A stretch of 32,000 nucleotides of DNA from Mycolicibacterium smegmatis. Lineage in GTDB: Bacteria > Actinomycetota > Actinomycetes > Mycobacteriales > Mycobacteriaceae. The notes below the pieces were generated by a model that saw only the letters and a program-made list of their open reading frames with translations, did no database searches and had not been told where the DNA came from. A program made the position numbers and the translations under genes. The DNA lies in the NCBI RefSeq assembly GCF_001457595.1, contig NZ_LN831039.1:6390001-6422000 (forward strand), written 5' to 3'. Below, piece by piece: positions 16,455 to 24,114 of this stretch. Numbering within the stretch: the stretch's first letter is position 1; the number at the start of each line of letters is the position of its first letter.

Positions 16455-17318
16455 TTAGCTTCCCTCCATGCCGACGCGCACGACGGCCTGCTGATGGGGG
16501 AACCCGATGCCGACGCGCAGCACGCAGCGGATGCCCGTGCGGTCGCTGGAGAACGCGAACGAGCTGTCGGCGATCACCTCGGCGTCCTGCCGGATCACGA
16601 CGAAGCACTTGTCCCGGGGGATGAGCCACATTGCGCCAGCGGTGACGGCGGGCGAGCTGTACAGCGGCACGCCGAGCACGCTGCGGCCCGTGGCTCGCGT
16701 CGCGTCAGGTCCAAGTAGCGGCTGGTTGCTGTCGGCCGTGACTTTGCTTGTCGCCACGGCCAGGACATCGGTCGGGCTGCCGACCAAGGCCATGTTGGAC
16801 AAGCCGTCCACGACGTTGGTGGCGAGCACGCCGACGTTCTCGGCGAGGCTGACTGCCTCGGCGAACACGTCCAAGCTGCCGTCAAAGGTGAGCGTGGTCT
16901 CCTGCACGTTGGTCAAGCTTTCGACACCGTCCGGGCCGTTGGCCACGCTGTCACCGAAATAGGCCGCGTCCAGCTTGATGCGGAGGTCTCTCACCAGACC
17001 CTCACCGACCACCTGCAACGCGCTCGGATCGGAGTCGGCCAGGAGTTCGTTGGAGACCACAACGAGCGACTTGAGGCCGGCCGGAGTAACGACCAGCTCT
17101 TCCAAATCCGGGTCAGTGACCGGGATTTCCTGTCCTTCCGCTACCCAATTGTTCTGTGCGTCAGTGACAACGATGGGAAACCTTGTGCTGTGCGAAGCGG
17201 TCTCCACGACGGTGGAGACCTGCGTGGCGACAGACGCGCGGATGAGCGGCTGCACAACGAGGTCTTGGACATCTTGGGGCGCCAGTATGGCCGCGCCGTT
17301 AGCGGTGAGCAAGGGCAT
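16455..17318 (-). CDS. Phage major capsid protein, HK97-fold family
   Basis: 287 aa. It has the typical 'LKSLVVVSNELLADS' block, 'DAAYFGD' and a C-terminal region like Phage_capsid family members. RBS GGAGG lies 6 nt upstream of the ATG at 17318. Confidence 0.75.
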   Translation of the reverse strand: MPLLTANGAAILAPQDVQDLVVQPLIRASVATQVSTVVETASHSTRFPIVVTDAQNNWVAEGQEIPVTDPDLEELVVTPAGLKSLVVVSNELLADSDPSALQVVGEGLVRDLRIKLDAAYFGDSVANGPDGVESLTNVQETTLTFDGSLDVFAEAVSLAENVGVLATNVVDGLSNMALVGSPTDVLAVATSKVTADSNQPLLGPDATRATGRSVLGVPLYSSPAVTAGAMWLIPRDKCFVVIRQDAEVIADSSFAFSSDRTGIRCVLRVGIGFPHQQAVVRVGMEGS

Positions 17319-17447
17319 GAATGCCTCCGAAGGTGAGCGTGGTCTGATGTGACTTGCCCGGTGACCGCAGATCAGGCCGGGATGCCCTCGGGGCGTACGT
17401 GCAGCGGATGCGGGCCACGGGCCGGAACACCAACCGCGACAGCCAGT

Positions 17448-17948
17448 CTAGCGGCCTTTGAGTGCCTTACTCCAGGACGCTTTACCGGGCGGCTGTCCGC
17501 TGCCAGTGCCTTGCTGCCGGTTCGGTTGGGGCGGTCGGCCCTTGGGTGGCACGCGGAACTCTCGTGCGGTGGCTGTGACGGCCTCGGACAACTTGGTGCC
17601 GTCGATCAAACCGTCGTCACCGACGAGGCTGTCTACGGTGTGCCCGGCTGCTGTGAGTAAGCGCGGGTCTAGACCTGCTGCCTGCACAGCGTTCTCCACG
17701 ATGGCCGCGCGGGTGCGTTGCAGGGTGTCGCGCAGCTCGTCCAGCTCGCGGCGCGCCTCGTTGCGCTCGCGCCGATACCTGGCCTCCCGGTTCGCCCTGC
17801 CGCCCTCGTCCTGATTTTGCGTCGTCTCGTCAAGTTCGCTCGTCGGCGTATGGTCGTCATCGGTGCCGGTCGGTGCGTTTTCGCCGGCCGTGTGGCTGTC
17901 GGGCGGATTGTCTTGTCGTGCCGGCGTTTTCGTGTCAGAGATGGTCAT
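17448..17948 (-). CDS. Putative capsid scaffolding protein
   Basis: It lies immediately upstream of the capsid gene. It has a charged coiled-coil-like core 'REARYRRERNEARRELDELRDTLQRTRAAI' with low-complexity ends. The ATG at 17948 has GGAGGA upstream and an ATGA overlap with the preceding ORF. Confidence 0.5.
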   Translation of the reverse strand: MTISDTKTPARQDNPPDSHTAGENAPTGTDDDHTPTSELDETTQNQDEGGRANREARYRRERNEARRELDELRDTLQRTRAAIVENAVQAAGLDPRLLTAAGHTVDSLVGDDGLIDGTKLSEAVTATAREFRVPPKGRPPQPNRQQGTGSGQPPGKASWSKALKGR

Positions 17949-18247
17949 GGGTTTTGTTCCTCCAGGGTTGGCCATGTTCTGCGGCGGACGCCGTTGGACA
18001 GCCATTCCACGACGGTCGTCAGGTCGTCGGGCACCGTGTAGCCGATATGGCGCAGTAGTGCACGTTCGGTGGGCGTGGCGGGCCGCGTTCGGGTCACGCT
18101 GGCGCGGTAGTGCCGGTTCTCGTAGTCGGCATATGCCGTGGCATCCTCGGCACGCTGCACGGCGTCGGGCAAGTGAGCCAACACTAGTAGGCCGCGTCGG
18201 TGGTCGGGTCTGTGCTCGCCGACGCCGGTCAAGTCAATTTCGGTCAT
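17945..18247 (-). CDS. Hypothetical protein (element operon)
   Basis: 100 aa with ATGA overlaps at both ends (18244-18247 and 17945-17948). I recognised no motif. Confidence 0.45.
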   Translation of the reverse strand: MTEIDLTGVGEHRPDHRRGLLVLAHLPDAVQRAEDATAYADYENRHYRASVTRTRPATPTERALLRHIGYTVPDDLTTVVEWLSNGVRRRTWPTLEEQNP

Positions 18248-18666
18248 GGCAGAGCCTCCGCTACGGCTCGGTCTAGGTCGTCTTGCTGGTGATCGTGAAC
18301 CGCAACTTCTGGATGAAGCTGGACATCTCGACGAACTCCCCGGAGTTCATGGTCTGCAACTACTACCGCATGTTCGTCACGATCTTCTAGTTCTGCGCGT
18401 ACACCACCTCGGAACTCGCCCGCGACCACGCCGACAAGATCAGGCTCAGAGTCAGCCCACCGGCCACACTCGGCCTTAGCGGGACAACGGCGACACACGG
18501 CAATGCACTCGGCAATCCGAATCCGGCTGCCGCGCTCAGCCTCATGGAAACGGCCACGCACGCCGACACACGCGGCACCGTCCAAGCGCGGCACCCCGGT
18601 CAGCACAACGGCAAGTAGACCGACCACGCCCGACGCCGGGACGCGGGCCGGGTGAACACGGCTCAC
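18244..18666 (-). CDS. WhiB-like (Wbl) Fe-S transcription factor with acidic/His-rich C-terminal extension
   Basis: Four-Cys pattern C-x24-C-x2-C-x5-C in 'AACVG...VCRRCPAKAECGRWA', followed by 'GVVAGE' in place of the GxWGG turn. Its 5' end shares 18663-18666 with the end of the upstream ORF; the start is uncertain. Confidence 0.6.
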   Translation of the reverse strand: MSRVHPARVPASGVVGLLAVVLTGVPRLDGAACVGVRGRFHEAERGSRIRIAECIAVCRRCPAKAECGRWADSEPDLVGVVAGEFRGGVRAELEDRDEHAVVVADHELRGVRRDVQLHPEVAVHDHQQDDLDRAVAEALP

Positions 18667-19151
18667 GGTGCGCCCTCCAGCCCGTGACGCCGACGCAACA
18701 CCGCGAACAGCGCGCCGCTTTGGTCTCCGGCGAGATAGGCGACGACGTGCCCGGCGATGACAGCGGCGGCGTGCGCGATGTCCAGGTCTGCGAACTCGGC
18801 CATGCTCATCAGCTCGTTACAGCGTCCGATGGCACCGCGTTCGTACGCCTCGGCTAGGGCGATGGCGGCAAGGCTGAGGCGTGCTTGCTCGTCGGGTGCG
18901 CCGGTCGCGGTGGCCAGCGCGTGCACATCGGCGCGCAACTTGTCGAAGCGTACGGCGGCGTCGGGACCGGCCAACAAACCGGCCAGCGTGCGCACGGCGG
19001 CGATACGCAGCCACGCCGATTCACTTGCGGAGTCGGCCATGACGTTCGACGCTGCGTCAGCGAGGCCGTTGGCAGCAAGCTCAGCGGCACGGACGACAAC
19101 GGCGAACACTGCGGCCGGTGCCTCGTCGTCCCATCCCGGCTCAGTCCTCAT
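18663..19151 (-). CDS. Hypothetical Ala-rich protein (element operon)
   Basis: 162 aa. Its ends share 4 nt with each neighbouring ORF (19148-19151 and 18663-18666). No motif recognised. Confidence 0.45.
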   Translation of the reverse strand: MRTEPGWDDEAPAAVFAVVVRAAELAANGLADAASNVMADSASESAWLRIAAVRTLAGLLAGPDAAVRFDKLRADVHALATATGAPDEQARLSLAAIALAEAYERGAIGRCNELMSMAEFADLDIAHAAAVIAGHVVAYLAGDQSGALFAVLRRRHGLEGAP

Positions 19152-19693
19152 GCGTACTCCTCAAAGGGATTCGGTCCAGCGCCGCGCCACTTCGGCAACT
19201 CGGTGAGCGACGGAGGACCGTGCAAACCGGCAGCCGTTGGTACCCGCTCCCCTTCATTGCCTGCCTTCCTTCCTTCCTGTGCTGTCCCCGGGGACGCTTC
19301 CCCGGGACTGTCCCCGTCGTCATCCCCGGGACTGTCCTCGTCGTCGGCACCCCCCGCCAACTTCTCAGCGCGCTGCTTGGCCTTCTTCACCCGCTCCCGC
19401 TGCCGAATCCTCTCCAAGGTCTCCAGCTCGCTGCGGGCGGTCTGGGTGGCCGCGTAGTCGGTGATCAACCAGCCGTCCGACTGCGGGGTGAACAGTCCGG
19501 CGTCCACGAACGCCTTAGCGGCGTTGGCCGACCAATGCGGGATGAGTCCAACGTCCTCGCGTTCGATCCGGCCATCGGTGCGGTTGGTGACCGACCACAG
19601 CAGCGCGTTGACGAACGTCCTGTAGTGCTCGGCTGAGAGCCGTTGCAGGCGGCGGTCATTCAACCACCGTTCCGGAATTCGGGCGTCGGTCAC
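19148..19693 (-). CDS. Hypothetical protein with acidic low-complexity C-terminal half (possible DNA-binding / replication-organiser role, unproven)
   Basis: GTG at 19693 lies 4 nt after the Xis-like stop. The N-terminal ~100 aa are globular ('WLNDRRLQRLSAEHYRTFVNALLWSV'). A coiled-coil-like basic stretch and a D/E/G/P-rich tail follow. Confidence 0.45.
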   Translation of the reverse strand: MTDARIPERWLNDRRLQRLSAEHYRTFVNALLWSVTNRTDGRIEREDVGLIPHWSANAAKAFVDAGLFTPQSDGWLITDYAATQTARSELETLERIRQRERVKKAKQRAEKLAGGADDEDSPGDDDGDSPGEASPGTAQEGRKAGNEGERVPTAAGLHGPPSLTELPKWRGAGPNPFEEYA

Positions 19694-19697
19694 GGTG

Positions 19698-19901
19698 TCA
19701 GCGGCCCGCGTTCTGCACGTTGGCGGCGATGAACTCGTCCAGATCGGCGAGTCTGTAGCGGACGCTGCGGCCGATTCGCACGTACTTCGGGCCTTCACCC
19801 AAGTAGCGCATATTCGCCAAGCGCGCGGGGGTAGTGCTCAGGTACTCGGCGGCCTGGTCAGTTTTGATCAGCCCTGAGATTCGTTCTTCAGCCACGATCA
19901 C
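19698..19901 (-). CDS. Excisionase / AlpA-like helix-turn-helix protein
   Basis: 'TDQAAEYLSTTPARLANMRYLGEGPKYVRIGRSVRYRLADLDEFI' is the typical Xis/MerR-superfamily HTH_17 layout. The start is uncertain (GTG at 19901 or 19895; the ORF-track start at 19991 is a TTG). Confidence 0.6.
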   Translation of the reverse strand: MIVAEERISGLIKTDQAAEYLSTTPARLANMRYLGEGPKYVRIGRSVRYRLADLDEFIAANVQNAGR

Positions 19902-20065
19902 CAGCGTAATACCGAGCGTGGCACGCTTCCCGTGAGAGACGTTGCGCACGAACAGTTTTCGGCGCCTTCGTAGGTTGACAGTTGCTGACAATGGCTGCCA
20001 GAGATACGACAGACGCTGACAGCGAATCCGAGTGCGGCGACAGCGAAATTGGTTCGGCGTGTTGC

Positions 20066-21181
20066 TCAGTTCGGCGTGTCGCGCACTACCTCCGGGTCCG
20101 TCTTGTGCCCGCCACGCGCACGATCCAGCGCGGCCGCAACGTCGTCAAGGTCGGCGTCGAACAGGTCGGCGTAGGTGTCCAGCGTGACCTTGGCGGACTT
20201 GTGGCCAAGCATCCGCTGAAGCGCCAACACGTTCACGCCTGCCGAGACAGCCAGCGACGCGCAGGTGTGGCGGAGATCGTGCGGAGTGACGGCCTGCACC
20301 CCGGCGCGCTTCACGGCGGCAGCGAACCATCCCCCGTCCGACTTCGGGCGTGGCAGATACCCGTCACCGGCCGCGCTGAACACCAGATCGTTGGGAGTCT
20401 TGCCCGCGCACAGCACCGACAGCTCATCAAGTACGAACGCCGGAACCGGCACCGACCGCGCCGTACGGCCCTTGGTCGGCCCTACAGCGTGTTCTACGCC
20501 GAGCTGCACGGCGTTCTCGTGGATCGACAGCCGACGCCGCAGGAACTCCACGTCACGCACGCGCAGCGCGACAGCCTCACCCCACCGGATGCCCGTGTAG
20601 GCCAGCGTGAGCACCAGCGCGCGATGCTGGCCGCACTCGTCGGCCAGCCGCGCCACGTCGTCGGCTGACAAGTAGACGTGGCGGCGCGCCGTCTTACGCG
20701 GCAGATTGCCGACACCCTTGGCCGGGTTGGCCACCAACCGCCTGCCCTTCACGGCGTCGGCCAGGATGCCCGACAGGACGCCGTGCGCGCGCAGCACCGT
20801 GGTCGAACCCGCGCCACCGCGCACCATGCCGGTGATCCACGCCTCTACGCCGAGCTGGTCAATATCAGCGACGGTCGCCGACGCCCATCGCGGGGCGACG
20901 TGGACCCGCCACGCTGACTCCAGCATCCGGTAGTGAGAACGCGCGGTCGCGTGTTCCTTACGCGCCAACCAGTCGGCCGACAGCTCGCCCACCGTCACCC
21001 GTCCGAGCGACGGGGCGACGTACTCGCCGCGCATCTTGGAGACCTCCACCTCGGCGGCGAACGCCTCGGCCTCCCGCTTGGTCTTGAATCCGCGCCGGTC
21101 GGTCTGTCGGCGGTCGGGGGTGCGGTAGCGCACGCGGTACCGCTTGCCGTGCGCCGTCTGGTACTGGACAACCTGAGCCAT
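20066..21181 (-). CDS. int: Tyrosine recombinase (phage integrase family)
   Basis: ATG at 21181 ('MAQVVQYQTAHGKRYRVRYR', an arm-binding-type N-terminus). The C-terminal catalytic signature is 'TPHDLRHTCASL...LGHKSAKVTLDTYADL' (H-x-x-R ... H ... Y). It is adjacent to the tRNA. Confidence 0.9.
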   Translation of the reverse strand: MAQVVQYQTAHGKRYRVRYRTPDRRQTDRRGFKTKREAEAFAAEVEVSKMRGEYVAPSLGRVTVGELSADWLARKEHATARSHYRMLESAWRVHVAPRWASATVADIDQLGVEAWITGMVRGGAGSTTVLRAHGVLSGILADAVKGRRLVANPAKGVGNLPRKTARRHVYLSADDVARLADECGQHRALVLTLAYTGIRWGEAVALRVRDVEFLRRRLSIHENAVQLGVEHAVGPTKGRTARSVPVPAFVLDELSVLCAGKTPNDLVFSAAGDGYLPRPKSDGGWFAAAVKRAGVQAVTPHDLRHTCASLAVSAGVNVLALQRMLGHKSAKVTLDTYADLFDADLDDVAAALDRARGGHKTDPEVVRDTPN

Positions 21182-21212
21182 GCGCCGCACGGTACTCACG
21201 AAGCGCGACAAG

Positions 21213-21243
21213 TTGTGGGCAAAATGTGGGCAAACCGTGGTCG
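21213..21243 (+). promoter_or_regulatory. 11-bp-phased direct repeats TTGTGGGCA / ATGTGGGCA / CCGTGGTCG (candidate arm-type integrase sites, attR arm)
   Basis: Read directly. Motif, orientation and phasing match 10772-10802. The third copy is degenerate. Confidence 0.4.
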
Positions 21244-21301
21244 GACGGCTTGCCAGCAAACGCAAAAACCGCCCTTACCTGCGCTGGCAGGCGGGCGGCT
21301 T

Positions 21302-21328
21302 TGGCGGTGGCGGAGGGATTTGAACCCT
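21302..21328. repeat. attR core: 27-bp repeat forming the 3' end of the intact tRNA-Ser
   Basis: Identical to 10665-10691. Confidence 0.85.
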
Positions 21329-21392
21329 CGGTGGGGGGTTACCCCACACACGCTTTCGAGGCGTGCTCCTTAGGCCGCTCGGACACGCCACC
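21302..21392 (-). tRNA. tRNA-Ser (anticodon CGA), 91 nt with encoded CCA
   Basis: I folded the reverse complement by hand: acceptor GGTGGCG/CGCCACC, anticodon arm CACGC-CTCGAAA-GCGTG (CGA), long variable arm TGTGGGGTAACCCCCCAC, T-arm GAGGG-TTCAAAT-CCCTC, discriminator G, CCA. Confidence 0.9.
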
Positions 21393-21485
21393 GCGCAGTA
21401 GCTTACCGGGAGAGCGCCGGAGGCCATAATCGCGCTGCTCATCACGGTGATCACCGAGCGTGCGGCCACGGCGGAAAAATGGCCC

Positions 21486-21541
21486 GCAACCCGCCAAGAG
21501 TGCACACTCGATCGAGCAACCCGCCAAGAGTGCACACTCGA
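21486..21541. repeat. Two tandem copies (30-bp period) of GCAACCCGCCAAGAGTGCACACTCGA
   Basis: The 26-nt copies at 21486-21511 and 21516-21541 are identical. Each contains the near-palindrome GAGTG-CA-CACTC. The repeat lies between the tadA stop and the tRNA-Ser 5' side. Confidence 0.7.
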
Positions 21542-21552
21542 CCACACGAAAC

Positions 21553-22002
21553 TCAGCGCTGGCGCGCGAAGAACTCCTCGAGCAGAGCCGCGCACTCGTC
21601 GGCGAGCACGCCGCCGATCACCTCGGGCCGGTGGTTGAGCCTGCGGTCACGCACGACATCCCACAGTGAGCCGACCGCGCCGGTCTTCGGCTCCCACGCT
21701 CCGAACACCAGCCGCGACACACGCGCCAGGACCAGCGCGCCTGCACACATCGTGCACGGTTCCACGGTCACGGCCAGCGTGGCGCCCTCCAGGCGCCAGC
21801 CGTCACCGAGGACCTTGGCCGCCGCGCGCATCGCCACGATCTCGGCATGCCCGGCCGGGTCGCCGTAGGCTTCACGGACGTTGACCGCCCGCGCGAGTTC
21901 GGTGCCGTCGGCCGCGTAGACCACGGCCCCGATGGGCACATCGCGCGGTCCTGCGGTGCGGGCGGCCTCCAGCGCCGCACGGATCTGGGATTCCGGGGTC
22001 AC
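21553..22002 (-). CDS. tadA: tRNA-specific adenosine deaminase
   Basis: CDA zinc motifs 'HAEIVAMR' (H-A-E) and 'PCTMCAGAL' (P-C-x-x-C). 149 aa. The GTG start overlaps the upstream stop (GTGA). Confidence 0.9.
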   Translation of the reverse strand: MTPESQIRAALEAARTAGPRDVPIGAVVYAADGTELARAVNVREAYGDPAGHAEIVAMRAAAKVLGDGWRLEGATLAVTVEPCTMCAGALVLARVSRLVFGAWEPKTGAVGSLWDVVRDRRLNHRPEVIGGVLADECAALLEEFFARQR

Positions 22003-22505
22003 CGATTGAGGCGGTCCAGCACTGCCGACAGTTCCTCGGCGAACCCCATCTCGCGCGCGATCCGGCCGATCTGCTCGTCGGCGTACAGATCCGTCTCGTC
22101 GAGGATCACGCTGAGCACCGCGTCGGGCAGTCCGAGATCCGACAGCAGGCCCAGATCGCCCTCTTCGAAGGGGTCGGCGTCGTCGAGATCATCGGCCTCG
22201 ATGTCGGCGTCGAGCTTCTCGAGTGCCTCGGCGGCGATGTCGTAGTCCAGCGCCGCGGTGGCATCCGACAGCAGCAGTCGGGTGCCCGCCGGCGCCGGGC
22301 GCACGATCACGAAGAACTCGTCGTCGACATCGAGCAGGCCGAACACGGCACCCGCGCTGCGGATCTCACGCAGCTCGGTCTCGGCCGCGGACAGGCTGTT
22401 GAGCGCGCTCTTGCGCATGGGCGCGCATCGCCACTTGCCGTCCTCGCGGACAACGGCCACGCCGAAACCATCGGGCAGGTCTGCCGGCGCTCGCTGTGCT
22501 CCCAT
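21999..22505 (-). CDS. Acidic conserved protein, tRNA adenosine deaminase-associated (Rv3753c-like by position)
   Basis: 168 aa, translationally coupled to tadA. The family assignment comes from recalled synteny, not from a motif. Confidence 0.5.
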   Translation of the reverse strand: MGAQRAPADLPDGFGVAVVREDGKWRCAPMRKSALNSLSAAETELREIRSAGAVFGLLDVDDEFFVIVRPAPAGTRLLLSDATAALDYDIAAEALEKLDADIEADDLDDADPFEEGDLGLLSDLGLPDAVLSVILDETDLYADEQIGRIAREMGFAEELSAVLDRLNR

Positions 22506-22571
22506 GAGCGCCTACGGTAGTCGCCGACCAGCGATTTTGACCAGGGATCTCCCAGCCGCCGCGATGGGAGC

Positions 22572-23549
22572 GTGTGCCAACCTTGTGGGGTGACAACTAC
22601 TCCCGTGTGCGTGCTGGGTCTCGGCTTGATCGGTGGCTCGGTGATGCGCGCCGCCGCCGCGGCGGGTCGGGAAGTTTTTGGCTACAACCGGTCGGTCGAG
22701 GCCGTGCAGGCCGCCACGTTCGACGGGTTCGACGCCACCGCGAACCTCGACAAGGCGCTGGCCAGGGCCGCTGCCGACGATGCGCTGATCGTTCTGGCCG
22801 TGCCGATGCCCGCGCTCGGGCTCATGCTGGGCCACATCCGTGCCGCGGCAGCGAACTGTGCGTTGACCGACGTGATCAGCGTCAAGGGCGCGGTGCTGCG
22901 GGAGGTCGAGAAGTACGGCCTGCTCGAGAGGTTCGTGGGCGGCCACCCCATGGCAGGCACGGCGCACTCGGGATGGGCCGCGGGCAGCGTCGACCTGTTC
23001 GTCGGCGCGCCGTGGGTGGTGTCGGTCGACGATCACGTCGACGCGGGCGTGTGGACCCAGGTCGCGCAGCTTGCGCTGGACTGCCACGCAGTCGTGGTGC
23101 CCGCCCGCTCCGACGAGCACGACGCTGCCGCAGCGGCCATCTCGCATCTGCCGCATCTGTTCGCCGAGACGATGGCCGAGATCGCCGGCGAGGTCCCGCT
23201 GGCCTACGCGCTGGCCGCGGGCTCGTTCCGGGACGGCACGCGGGTCGCGGGCTCGGCGCCTGATCTGGTGCGCGCGATGTGCGAGGCCAACGCCGCGCAG
23301 CTGCTGCCGGCACTGGATCGCGGCATCGAGCTGCTGACCCGGGCCAGAGCTGCGCTCGCGGATACGGGTTCGGTGGCCGAGCTCGTGGAATCGGGCCACG
23401 CCGCGCGGATGCGCTACGACAGCTTCGCGCGGCCCGACATCATCGCGACCGTGGTGGGCGATGAGAACTGGCGTGACGAACTCGCGGCCGCCGGGCGGGC
23501 CGGCGGGGTGATCAGATCCGCTCTGCCAGTCCTGGGTAGTCGAGGATGA
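22572..23549 (+). CDS. tyrA: Prephenate dehydrogenase
   Basis: Rossmann motif '[12 protein letters not shown]' and 'FVGGHPMAG' (PDH catalytic His region). The start is either GTG 22572 or GTG 22590. Confidence 0.8.
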   Translation: MCQPCGVTTTPVCVLGLGLIGGSVMRAAAAAGREVFGYNRSVEAVQAATFDGFDATANLDKALARAAADDALIVLAVPMPALGLMLGHIRAAAANCALTDVISVKGAVLREVEKYGLLERFVGGHPMAGTAHSGWAAGSVDLFVGAPWVVSVDDHVDAGVWTQVAQLALDCHAVVVPARSDEHDAAAAAISHLPHLFAETMAEIAGEVPLAYALAAGSFRDGTRVAGSAPDLVRAMCEANAAQLLPALDRGIELLTRARAALADTGSVAELVESGHAARMRYDSFARPDIIATVVGDENWRDELAAAGRAGGVIRSALPVLGSRG

Positions 23550-24114
23550 AACCTTCGGAGTCGACGGTGATGGTGGTCTCGGCCACCGGCGAGTGCAGCT
23601 TGATGCCGTCGGCGCCGCTGCTGTAGCTGATGTTTACGGTCTCGACCGACAGCTCGGGCAGCCGTACATAGGCCACCGGCAGCGAGACCGAGTCGGTGCG
23701 GGTGTGCAGCCCGACCCGGCGGATCGGCAGGGCGTTGAAGAACGGGCTGAAGATCACGTCGACGTCGAGTGCGCCGCCGAAGTCCGACTTCTTGGTCTGG
23801 GAGTGGTCCTGCACCAGCCACTGGCTCTCCTCGTCGCGCGCGATGGAGAGCTGACGCTCACGCTCGGCGAGGGTGACGGTGAGCGACAAGCGTTTGGTGG
23901 CCCCGGTTTCGTCGGTGACCAGGTCATAGGAGGCCGAGAACGCCGGGTGCGATTCGGTGGCGGCCGCCACGATCCGGCCGTAGGCCTTGATCCGCTTGCC
24001 CTGGAGCTGTACGCGAACCGATTCCATTCTGGGCTCGTCGTGGGCCCGCCAGGTCAACACCGCCGGCCAGGCGTCGTCGACGGTTTGCTCGCTGGAACGC
24101 GACTTGTCACTCAC
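23512..24114 (-). CDS. Conserved hypothetical protein (possibly glycolipid-binding-domain family; Rv3755c-like by position)
   Basis: GTG at 24114 overlaps the proZ stop (GTGA). The remaining 5' part of the 384-aa ORF is an Arg-rich shadow over proZ. The family name is from recollection only. Confidence 0.45.
   Translation of the reverse strand: MSDKSRSSEQTVDDAWPAVLTWRAHDEPRMESVRVQLQGKRIKAYGRIVAAATESHPAFSASYDLVTDETGATKRLSLTVTLAERERQLSIARDEESQWLVQDHSQTKKSDFGGALDVDVIFSPFFNALPIRRVGLHTRTDSVSLPVAYVRLPELSVETVNISYSSGADGIKLHSPVAETTITVDSEGFILDYPGLAERI

Larger units (their letters stand above)
10665..21328. mobile_element. Integrated ~10.66-kb prophage-like / phage-satellite-like element in tRNA-Ser(CGA)
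   Basis: Perfect 27-bp direct repeats at both ends (the tRNA 3' end). A tyrosine integrase sits next to the intact tRNA, followed by Xis-like HTH, capsid and scaffold genes. All genes are co-oriented. The cargo region has visibly lower GC. Confidence 0.8.

Noticed and set aside
16240-16629. 5' extension of the helicase ORF to 1467 aa
   Set aside because: The extra 130 aa are Arg/Pro/Gly-rich and overlap the end of the capsid gene. The Mrr-like domain begins right after the ATG at 16239.
16455-17318. The HK97-fold protein as an encapsulin shell rather than a phage capsid
   Set aside because: The sequence blocks ('LVVVSNELLADS') match the phage major-capsid family, not the family-1 encapsulins I can recall. 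It sits in an integrase/Xis-bounded element behind a scaffold-like gene, and no cargo enzyme with a targeting peptide is adjacent. This should still be checked by HHpred.
19982-20668. 228-aa plus-strand ORF opposite the integrase
   Set aside because: It is an antisense shadow of a catalytic-motif-supported integrase gene.
21486-21541. Possible CRISPR array
   Set aside because: There are only two adjacent copies with a 4-nt gap, no spacers and no cas genes. I saw no CRISPR array anywhere in the window.
21275-21595. 106-aa and 68-aa minus-strand ORFs covering the tRNA-Ser and the tandem repeat
   Set aside because: They overlap a cleanly folding tRNA. The duplicated peptide 'VHSWRVA' only reflects the 30-bp DNA repeat.
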